In this document: piece by piece, positions 55,801 to 64,000 of the stretch
Layout: the number at the start of each line of letters is the position of its first letter
How positions within the stretch are numbered: position 1 is the stretch's first letter
Origin: Bugula neritina
Taxonomy: Eukaryota; Animalia; Bryozoa
Assembly: GCA_964035545.1 (NCBI GenBank)
Contig: OZ037766.1
Span: forward strand, 12,390,722-12,454,721
DNA length: 64,000 nucleotides
Direction: 5' to 3'
Position numbers and translations under genes: made by a program
Notes under the pieces: model-generated
Databases searched by the model: none
Seen by the model: the letters and a program-made list of their open reading frames with translations, nothing else
What the model was told of the DNA's origin: nothing

Positions 55801-56032
55801 TATTGAATGTTTTAAGGGAAATATTTCTTTAGTTTTCTCAGTGAAAGTCATTGCAATTAATTAAATTACTTTTACCTGATTTAGGTCTTGACCTTGCCAC
55901 ACTGCTGTACTGAGTATGAGTGACTTGAGGGTTATAATTATAAGCACCATTGTGATAATCAGGAGTCATGCATAATTGGACGCCTAGAGAGTTTGATACG
56001 GGCATTGACATATACGGCCCACCAGTTGCCAT
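25842..56032 (-). CDS. LOXHD1: Lipoxygenase homology domain-containing protein 1-like; 44 coding exons, 17 PLAT/LH2 domains, ~2,650 aa
   Basis: Repeated PLAT signatures (Y.V.V.TG...AGTDANV...LFG..GD; FE....D.F; IRIGHD..G...GWFL; FPC.RWLA....DG.I.REL) in GT-AG-bounded exons that join in frame where checked. Approximate exons (+/-3 nt, minus strand): 56032-55876, 53914-53726, 53204-53077, 52294-51923, 51405-51240, 50754-50510, 50265-50128, 49011-48866, 48651-48550, 47936-47785, 47023-46790, 46086-45950, 44773-44527, 44211-44076, 43868-43714, 43475-43170, 42762-42643, 41957-41765, 41500-41340, 40613-40384, 40006-39868, 39162-38857, 38656-38506, 38267-38160, 37967-37790, 37468-37364, 34748-34637, 33946-33748, 33488-33341, 33258-33126, 32558-32395, 32219-32065, 31825-31615, 31211-31042, 30637-30431, 30249-30060, 29798-29551, 29120-28987, 28613-28383, 27984-27811, 27358-27125, 26906-26711, 26475-26283, 26023-25842 (ends ...KELLPRD*). 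Joining the first three non-PLAT exons is inferred from splice sites and phase. Confidence 0.93.
35249..35271. repeat. (TA)n microsatellite
   Basis: Run of TA dinucleotides in the largest LOXHD1 intron. Confidence 0.9.
39388..39720. mobile_element. Non-autonomous hAT MITE (333 bp)
   Basis: TIRs CAGGGCTGTCCAAC / GTTGGACACCCCTG; perfect 8-bp TSD TCTTAACA (39380-39387, 39721-39728); internal repeated TGTGGCCCCCCCCAGCTTA. Confidence 0.93.
40010..40068. repeat. 18-bp minisatellite x3 (TACAGATATGTATGT[A/T]GT) abutting a LOXHD1 splice acceptor
   Basis: Directly visible; gives the RYVCSY repeats in ORF 39887-40093. Confidence 0.9.
49587..49964. mobile_element. MITE with ~31-bp TIRs, possibly PIF/Harbinger-type
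   Basis: AGGCCTGGTCTCACGCTCGTGAAAATCACAC ... ATGTGATTCTCACGAGCGTGAGGCCAAGCCT; 3-bp flanks TTC/TTA are imperfect, so the superfamily is tentative. Confidence 0.82.
53393..53575 (+). mobile_element. tRNA-derived SINE (degenerate)
   Basis: A-box-like TGGTGGTTAGAGTG, B-box GGTTCAAATCCC, followed by TGGTGATGCTAGGAAGGGCA and a GGGGATGCCAACTTTAAAC tail; no intact cloverleaf. Confidence 0.7.
54592..55750. mobile_element. Non-autonomous hAT-type element with subterminal (GTAATT)n arrays
   Basis: TIRs CAGGGTTGGGG / CCCCAACCCTG; perfect 8-bp TSD TTTCTAGA (54584-54591, 55751-55758); dense GTAATT/AATTAC hexamers at both ends. Confidence 0.92.
54859..55499. mobile_element. Long-TIR (foldback-like) MITE nested inside the hAT element
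   Basis: ~200-bp imperfect inverted arms (GGGTCATTCCATGCCA..TCTCAGATTTTGTTCATGTTTACAC vs GTGTAAATATGAGCAAAATCTGAGA..TGGTATGGAATGAC); ATAGTA at both flanks (54853-54858, 55500-55505). Confidence 0.85.
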
Positions 56033-57227
56033 TTGGCCTCTACAACAATAAACAAAAAAAAATGAAATACTAAAATTTATGGGCTCTCTGTACCTTGCTA
56101 ACTAAAACTATTATCAACACCTAAATAATTTATAACTTAAAAAAATTATGTACAGAGCTCTGCAGGCTTTATAAATAAGTTTTAAGTAGGGTAAGTGTAG
56201 GACTTTTAGATCAATTAGACTTCACAATCATACTTTTTAAGTATATCCTTGTTATCTTTTTATAAAAAAAACATATGTGGGTCTTTGAAAATATACTGGA
56301 GACCTATATTTTCACAAATCTCAACCAGCAAAAGAGACTTTGAAGCTTGCTGAAAGCTGCTTACCAGAAATGACATGCAGTTCTGCAAACAGCTTTCACC
56401 AAGAGTTCAAGCCAACTTCTTCACTGTATTACCTAGCACTATTCTGACAGCCTCAACTGTGACAGTGGTTATAAAAAAAAACTAGTGATACTTTTTCATT
56501 TTCTAGGTATGAATTGTTTAATAAATTTATATTTTTTAAAAAGTAGTCAAATTGATTCAGCAAATAAAAAAACATGTTACTGTTTATTTTACAGGTCATA
56601 ACAAATAACAGAAGCTCAAAACAGAGCAATATAATAATGTGACTATAACATTAACAGTAACAACAACTGCTATTAGTGTTACCCTTACAACATTTATGTA
56701 GTTGTCAACATAATTCAACAACATTAGGTGCTATATAGGTAATGACTTAAAAATTCAAATAGCTTGTAAAATAACTTTTTATTAGTATATCAGCTAGTGA
56801 ACATACTAACTCTAACTCTGAGTCATAACAATAACTATAACTATAAGTGCAACATTACTGATATGAGACAAATAAATATTTACATGATACTACTTTTAAC
56901 TAATTAATAATTTTAATTAGTGCATCAAAAAGATAAAATTCAGAGCAATAACTACATAATTAATATTACCGTCACTGTCAGTGATAATCAGTTTGAGTTT
57001 CACTTTGACTCTCAGTCTCACCTTCACCTTGAGTTTGTTGTAGTTAATGGATAGTATTAGTTAGTAAAATTTAATTTTACAGATATATTCAAGTAACTAG
57101 ACGCAAAGAAATCAACAGCTAAACAAATACTTTGTATTACATAGTAAATTTAACTACTATTTGCTCATAATTGAATGATTGTTTTTAACAAGTGCTTGCT
57201 GTGCGAGTTTCGCGTGGCATTCATTAC

Positions 57228-57298
57228 CATAAGAGAATAAGGTTATTTACGTGCTAAAACTATTATATGCTTGTTGCTACGGCTATTCCGCATGCGCA
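57228..57298 (-). promoter_or_regulatory. Candidate LOXHD1 promoter / non-coding first exon with RFX X-box-like and NRF1-like motifs
   Basis: GTTGCTACGGCTAT (57273-57286; X-box consensus GTTGCCATGGCAAC) next to TCCGCATGCGCA (57287-57298; NRF1 consensus TGCGCATGCGCA). A minus-strand donor ATG|GTAATG lies at 57228, and the ATG exon has an acceptor at ~56040, so an upstream exon is implied. Confidence 0.55.
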
Positions 57299-57593
57299 CT
57301 GAAAGTGATCTGTTTGAAATATTTACCAACTTTAGCTTATACATGATCTAGAGATCAGTGACCTTTGTACTAACAGCTTCAGTTAGACTCGCTAAAATGT
57401 AGCATCTTGCAACTTTGCACCGAAATATTGTAATATTAAATTAATTATTATTACTACTACTACTAGTATTATAATCAATGAACTGGAAAATTTTCCAGTC
57501 CAGTGATAACAATTGTACTTAAATTATATAGGTATTTTTGTGTTTAAAAGCACCTATCACAATCAGTCTCTACATTTTGTTAAAAATATTAAG

Positions 57594-57956
57594 CTACTAG
57601 TAGTAGTACTACTTCAACTTGTACTACTAGTACTACTACTACTAGTAGTAGTAGTACTACTTAGTAGTACTATTAGTATTAGTCTACTACTACTAGTACT
57701 AGTAGTAGTACTACTACTAGTAGTAGTAGTACTACTAGTACTAGTACTACTACTAGTACTACTAGTACAGAGTACTAGTAGTAGTACTACTACTAGTACT
57801 ACTAGATTAGTACTACTACTACTAGTACTACTAGTACTAGTATTAGTAGTACTAATCTAGTAGTAGTAGTAGTAGTAGCAGTACTAGTAGTAGTAGTAGT
57901 AGTAGTAGTATTAATAGTAGTAGTAGTACTAGTACTAGTACCAGTAGTACTAATAC
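57594..57956. repeat. Compound (TAG)n/(CTA)n microsatellite with many orientation switches
   Basis: Alternating TAG and TAC/CTA runs joined by AGTACT and ACTAGT palindromes. Confidence 0.97.
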
Positions 57957-58014
57957 TTTCACTTTGTATTTACTGTGAAACACTAACAGTAACAGAGTAA
58001 CAGTAAAAATTTTA

Positions 58015-59850
58015 ATTTAGGGCTATATCCTGTAACACTAAATCAGTAAATGTAAGACTACCTCAGTTTATTACCTCAGTTGAGGTAGGACTTCCGCAGC
58101 AACTGGAAAGTCTATAGGGAAGCCTCTAGTGACAACTTACATTAGACCAGGGTTAGCACTTGTTACAGCATTTGCTGTTTTGTAATTAGTTACTATATTT
58201 TCTGCACATTTCACGAATTGTTTGTGGCAGAAAACTAGTGTGGAACATTTTTTTCGTAGCTGGTATCGAGATAACCTCTCCTCTGGCAGCCGCTCGGGTA
58301 GTTACAGTTACAAGCTCCCTGTCTTCAATAATCTCGTCATAGGCTCTGGATAGAGATCGATGTTGATCCTCATTTTGAAGAATTTGGGTCAGTAAACGCA
58401 GTCGATGATTTTTTCTTCTGTCTTCCAGCGACCGGGGTCCTAACTCATCCCTCGCCTCAGATGCACTGTCAGTGTGTTCCTTCATATTGCTTATGAAGCG
58501 TATAGCGCTGTTCGGGACCAGCTCCATATCATGCACCTTGCTTCTAGCCGCAGGATCCCAGACTACATCTGCATAATCAAGTATAGGTCTACATAGACTT
58601 GTATAAGCTAATAGCTTAGCGTCTCTCGGGGCATCATACATCAAGTGCTTGATCTCGCCAAGGACTTTCTGGGACTTGGTACGCTTATTATTTATATGCT
58701 GATCAAATCTTAGGTCTGACTGGATGGTTACCCCAAGGTATTTAGTGCTTTTTGCCCACGCAAGACGTGTGGTACTGAGTTTGTAATGTGATATGGAGGT
58801 TACTTTACCAAAATTAATTGCCTGGCATTTCTTTTCATTGAAGGGCATTTTCCATTTTATAGACCACTTGTATACAGCGTTAATGTTATTTTGGAATAGT
58901 TCTGCATTCTTAGTGGTGTTCACAGTTTGGTATAGTAGGGTATCATCAGCATGGAGGCTTACTTTACATGACAACAAATTCGGAAGATCATTTATATAGA
59001 ACAAAAACAGGATTGATCTTAGCATAGAGCCCTGCGGCACTCCTGGGGTTGCCTAGCACTTCTGAGAGCTTGCCCCTTGTAGTACAATGGACTGCTGTCG
59101 GTCGGAAAGTTAATCGAGTATCTAGTTAAGGAGGTATCCGTTTATACCCACATCTCTTGCAATTTTTTGAGCAACATAAGGTAAGATACCTTGTCAAAAG
59201 CCTTTTTGAAGTCCATAGCTACTGCATGGGTAGTATGTCCCTCATCAGCTGCTTTCACTAGGTCGTGGTAGGTAACACACAGTCGAGTCTGTCAGGACAG
59301 CCCTCTCCTGAAACCATGCTTTAGACGATGAAATACACTGTCTAGCTTTTCAGTGAGGTGATGCAGCACGATGTGCTCCACATTTTACAGGGAATGCTTG
59401 TCAGGGATACGGGCCTAAAGCTGTTTGGAAATTCGATGTCCCCACCTTTATGCATTGGTGTGACATTTGCAAGTTTTCACTGTTTTGGCAGTCTACCTGT
59501 GTCTAAGGAATTTTTTTAGATCAGCGCATGACATCGTGCAGTACCCTCCAAGTCTATGAGCATGTCAGGCTTTCAAATTCTATCAGGTCCTGGCGATTTT
59601 GGATTACTTTGGCAAGCCCTTTTGGTGTAACATCAATAAAATCCTGGGCATCGGTTTCGATCCTTGAGAAGTCTTCTGCCATGTATCTCAGCTGGAACTG
59701 ACTCTGGAAGAAAGTGTTTAAGAACTCAGCGCATTGGACAGGATATCCTTTCACTGTATTCTGATCGTTTTTCAGTACCAATTGCTCTTGTCTTTTGTTT
59801 TTGTCTGCTTTAAGCAGTTTGAAGAAAGGCTTAAAGTTCCCTCTTACTAA
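58015..59850 (-). mobile_element. 5'-truncated, decayed non-LTR retrotransposon (CR1/L2-group LINE ORF2 reverse transcriptase)
   Basis: ORF 58186-59040: PQGS.L..ILFLFYINDLP, LHADDT (YADD motif degenerate), KYLGV, AYTSLCRPILDYADVVWDP. Upstream frameshifted remnants: ANVTPMHKGGD, RPVSLTS, HGFRRGLS, MDFKKAFDKV. Confidence 0.93.
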
Positions 59851-60254
59851 GAGTAAGTGTATGATTATGAGTATCAGTGTGAGTGTGAGTCAAATTTAAT
59901 CACGTTGACTTTCACAATGTCACTATGAATAATTATCACTTGATGATAATTATGAATCACAATATGAATATTAATATCGAGAGGAATATGATTGGATATT
60001 AATTTGAATAGCAATATGAGTGAATGTAATTATAAATCTGAATCACTAATGGTAAAAGTAAAGTTAAGTGTCACTTTTACGTTTAATTTTAATTTACAGC
60101 TACTAGTTAGTGTTGCTTTATTTGTTTTTTTTAATGCACTCTGATACTGATACTGAATATTTTTTATACTTTAGCCAGTTTTTTTAACTTTTAGCTGCTA
60201 ATAAATATAGTTAAGTTTTAGTCTATAACTAAGAGTAATATTAATGTTTTAATA

Positions 60255-61930
60255 CTGGTCTGGAAAGCTTGTTTAGCTGCATCATTTTCCTGAGTAAAAC
60301 CATAATCTCTAGCAAAAAATTTAAAGTCTTTTCAGACATATTACGCACCATTATCGGACATTAGGACTTCTGGGACACTATTTCAAGCAAGGGTTACTGT
60401 CGATTCGTACACAAATCGTTTCGTACACAAGTCGTTTCGCATGCCAAATGGTTATTTCGCACACAAACTGCTGTCCATTTAGTACCCAAAATGAATAATA
60501 AATTAATCCATTAGATAACCACTTGAATGATACTAGTTTACTTATTTATTGCATCCCATGTTGCCTATAATTATTGACCAAGTTTATATTAATTTATTAT
60601 GATGAAATTAAATGTATTGGTATTTATTTTTATTATTATGTGATTATAAATTATTTAAATAATTATAGTTATATGATTACAAATCATTATTGAACACTGT
60701 TGTGGCTTAATGTGTATGGAAATAAATATTTATTATAGCAGACAAAATGAAAAGCAATGTGTAAAAAAGGTTATCTCATGAGTTATAAGTTGCAAGTACA
60801 AGTGTGAGATGCAAGTGTGGATAAGTGAAAACTGCTGGGTTTTTATAGTAGTAAAAGAGTTGGTTTTTGTGTATTAGCTATAATGAAAGTGGAAAAGCAT
60901 AATATAGCTGAGCTGATATGTGAAAAGCTATCGTTCATTAAGGAAAGCTTATGTGAAGTCCTAACAAACACGCTACTATTTTTGTTTTATTTTGATCAAT
61001 GCTAATGTTTTATATTAATCTATTATTGCTGTATGACTCATACATCAAATAATAAATAAATATTAAAAAATATGTATTTTAGTTACTGTATATTGATGTG
61101 TACTAATGACTTATCAGGTGTATACGAAATGACCTGCGCCCTTCAAACAAATATGCTTTCCAAATGGAGCATAACTTCAAAACTGGGGGAATTCTTTACA
61201 AACACAAGTTCAATGAATTGAAAATCGTAACCAACCTCTAGTCAGAACACCTGCTGTTAAAATAAAACAAATCACTGCCCAGTTTTTTTCCAGGAATGGT
61301 TAAGGAACTCAGAACGGAAAAGTAGGATTTGCTTAATGTTTGACTCGTGCCTACATGATTTACATGTCCAAACCATCTTTGCAATTGGTTTAGACATATT
61401 AGGCCACCAGACTGACTGTGCACCTCTAGATCTACACTTAGTCATACCAAGGTCACCACTATGAAGTACTATGAATTTTGTCAAGCACGGCTAGACGTTA
61501 GACCTGGGGGATGAATATACGACTGTCAAGAATTAAAGCATCATTAATGGTAGAAAGCCCAGGCCTACATTCAAAATGAGAACAGAAAAAATATGAGAAG
61601 GCAAAATTGTGGGCTAATTAGAGCTCACATTATGAAGAATACGAGATATATAACTTTATCGTTCTCTTGGTCAACTTCCAGCTCTTTCAAACAAGGGGAT
61701 ATGCTGTATTATGCAATTCTGACACAGCAAAAACTCTGCTTCTTTCATTAACATAATATCAGCCTCACTAAGAGGGCTCATAGATTGGGAGAGAGTATCT
61801 GCAACAGCATTTTTGTTCTAGAAAGGCATTCCACATTATGTTTTAACTCCATAGGGTGCATTCTGGACCTCCTAATCCATGCAGGATTTTAGTCAAACTC
61901 TCTCAGTCAAGAGAGAAACATCAGTCTGCA
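60255..61930 (-). mobile_element. Decayed Ty3/Gypsy pol remnant (RNase H end, integrase zinc-binding domain and core)
   Basis: NAVADTLS (~61800); LHSGDLGMTKCRSRGAQSVWWPNMSKPIAKMVWTCKSC (61470-61350); WKKLGSDLFYFN; VPEVLMSDNG...FKFFARDYGF (60380-60295). The RH-then-IN order fits Ty3/Gypsy. No LTRs seen. Confidence 0.88.
60391..61141. mobile_element. Non-autonomous MULE (Mutator)-like DNA transposon inserted in the Gypsy integrase
   Basis: 9-bp TSD TTCAAGCAA / TTCAAACAA (1 mismatch); GGG...CCC termini with imperfect TIRs built from repeated TTTCGTACAC; removing it rejoins ...ESIF / ...SVPEVLMSDNG. Confidence 0.85.
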
Positions 61931-62651
61931 GTTAATTTAAAGCTTCAACCGTATCACTATCCAAAGTTGTTAGATGTTGAAAACATTATTTGATCAACAA
62001 TGAAATTATTGCTATGCCTTTACTCACCCTTTCTGCATGTTATAATAGTTGTCTTTATTTTTCTGTAGCATCTCTTAATTATTAATTAGTTTCCTTACCT
62101 TTGTTATTATGTTCAGAAATAATCCTTTGTATTTCTGGCCAAATTTTATGTAAAGTATACATCATGTTGTTATTACACAGGTATGGATCTATTTTCCCCC
62201 ACAAAGTTTGTTCATATCTTTAGAAATATACTACGTTTTACTTCAACCTTCCCTTTAAAATTGTTACCAATTCATTGATTTTTTCTAGCCTCCGTTATAT
62301 AAAACAAGTTTGTAACTGTTCCTTGGTTCTTTGCATTAACTCCCTCTACCTAGTGTAATTGACACTGAGAGAACATCTGATTTTTCCTGTCACGAATCCC
62401 GTAACTTTACTTTTTTCTATTCATGCAGCTCACAAATGGATTTTAGCCTTTATCCTGAAATATCTATTCTCAGCTGGCACTTGTCAGCATCTTTGATAGG
62501 TTAAAGCTATACTGAGTGTTCTACGTTGAGATTCATGCATCAGGAAAATAAAATCAATGTTGTATAAATATTAAGAATTTTGGAGATATTGTTTCCAAAG
62601 ATTTTTGATAAAAGGTTATTTAGTTGTAAAGTTTTTCTAAATTATATTCAG

Positions 62652-64000
62652 ATGGGATGTTGTGAAAGAGAAAATACTGAAATTAGTCCAGCAATCAAAT
62701 GGATATTGTTCACCTTTAATATTGTCTTTTGGGTAAGTAAATTTTGTCGCTTATTGTTCGAAAGGTTTCCTTTTTTATTTTACTGTGTGTATAGTACAGG
62801 TAGCATCAGAGTGTATAAAAATGCTTCCCAACTGCTGATGGCCAATATATTTTTTGACAACAAAACTTTTTGAATTTATGTTACAACTATAAAAGGCCTG
62901 AAACTTGGTATTTTAAATAGCTGACTAGGCTCACTACTACCATACGCTTATGGAGCTGCTGAGATAACAAGCTTGGCTCACTGTCCAACCAACTCTATAT
63001 CTTTCTTTTACTGTTTGGCTAAACAAAACGCAATTATTGCTAGCTCAACTTTACTTAAGCATTAAAATTTGAGTTAATGTATTCATAGAAAGTCTTTTGC
63101 AAATTAGCAAATTTATCTTGCCTTCTATTCAAATAACATTTTTAATATTTTTTGATGCAGTTCAATATTATAATTTTAAATTATAAAAGATTGCTCAAGT
63201 TTAATATAAAATACAATACATTGCATTTAATTTTTTAGCATAACCTGAAATTCTACTCCTATTTTCTATATTCTAGGTGATCAGTATATTGATAATAGCG
63301 GTTGGTATATGGGGATATGTTTTGACCAAGGAACTGAACACCAACAATGGCACTGCTGCACAAGAGAAGGATATATTTGACATCTTGTTTGACATAACTA
63401 TAGTAATTATGGCATTTGGTTCTTTGGTGTTTACGATAACATTTTTTGGAGCAATTGGAGCCCTACGTGAAAATATTTGCTTGTTAAGAACTGTAAGTTA
63501 TAACCAATTCTTAAATATGACTTTCATCAATTCACTTTTGTTAAATGTTAAGTTATATATTTTTCTTGTTCTTTCTTTGTTTTTTTTTGTGCGTACACTG
63601 AACGTTAAAGTATAATGTAAAAACCATCTGTTTAGTTTATGTAATCATATATTTTTCCTGAAATAGACCTCATTACAAGTGAAAGAATAGATATCGTTTT
63701 GAGATTTAAAACTGCTATGTATAAAGTTTTCTCTCTCTTTACAAAAGTTAGTAACTATTGGTCTGTGATTTGAGCATTTAGACAGAGTAGCTAATAATAA
63801 GTTTGTAACTTATTTTCCTGCTTGTTAATTAAATATTTATTCTAGAAATTAGTTCACAATTATTGGTTATAATTAAAAACAGTTTTTGGGCATTTTAAAA
63901 TCCATATACTCATGTGCTTTTAAAGGTGTGCCATTATTTTTTATTTCTCATTTGTTTAGTACGCTGTGTTTCTCGGAATCGTATTCGTGGCGGAAATTTC
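62652..64000 (+). CDS. Tetraspanin, TspanC8 subgroup (TSPAN33/TSPAN5-like), 5' part; runs off the window
   Basis: Exons 62652-62732 (MGCCERENTEISPAIKWILFTFNIVFW|gtaagt), 63277-63492 (VISILIIAVGIWGY...FFGAIGALRENICLLRT|gtaagt), 63960-64000 (YAVFLGIVFVAEI). The TM1 'K..LF.FN..FW', 'GALRENICLL' loop and TM3 Glu are tetraspanin/TspanC8 hallmarks. Confidence 0.9.

Noticed and set aside
57513-57860. 115-aa hydrophobic Leu/Val ORF resembling a membrane protein
   Set aside because: It is the translation of the TAG/CTA microsatellite.
58186-59040. Active or domesticated reverse transcriptase
   Set aside because: Catalytic YADD is HADD, the upstream RT part has frameshifts and stops, and no endonuclease or ORF1 is present.

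Overview
AT-rich, intron-dense animal (invertebrate-like) genomic DNA, not prokaryotic; the taxon cannot be fixed from the sequence. (1) 1-~25790: five-unit ~4.5-6 kb tandem array with a ~10.01 kb higher-order period and diverged edges. Each unit carries, by manual translation, a decayed minus-strand ankyrin-type ZU5 + ankyrin-repeat gene, a decayed plus-strand gene with TIR-like and death-domain-like motifs (weaker call), and a copy of the sequence just downstream of the LOXHD1 stop (3'UTR + AATAAA). (2) 25842-56032 (minus): apparently complete LOXHD1-like gene, 44 coding exons, ~2,650 aa, 17 PLAT/LH2 domains, an N-terminal non-PLAT extension with a Y-x-x-L-x-D-P-H-L-x-x-Y-F motif, intronic MITEs and a SINE. 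(3) ~57200-62000: candidate LOXHD1 promoter (RFX X-box-like + NRF1-like), palindromic TAG/CTA microsatellite, dead LINE, dead Ty3/Gypsy pol split by a MULE-like element. (4) 62652-end (plus): first three coding exons of a TspanC8/TSPAN33-like tetraspanin. All family calls are by eye from remembered motifs; no searches were run.
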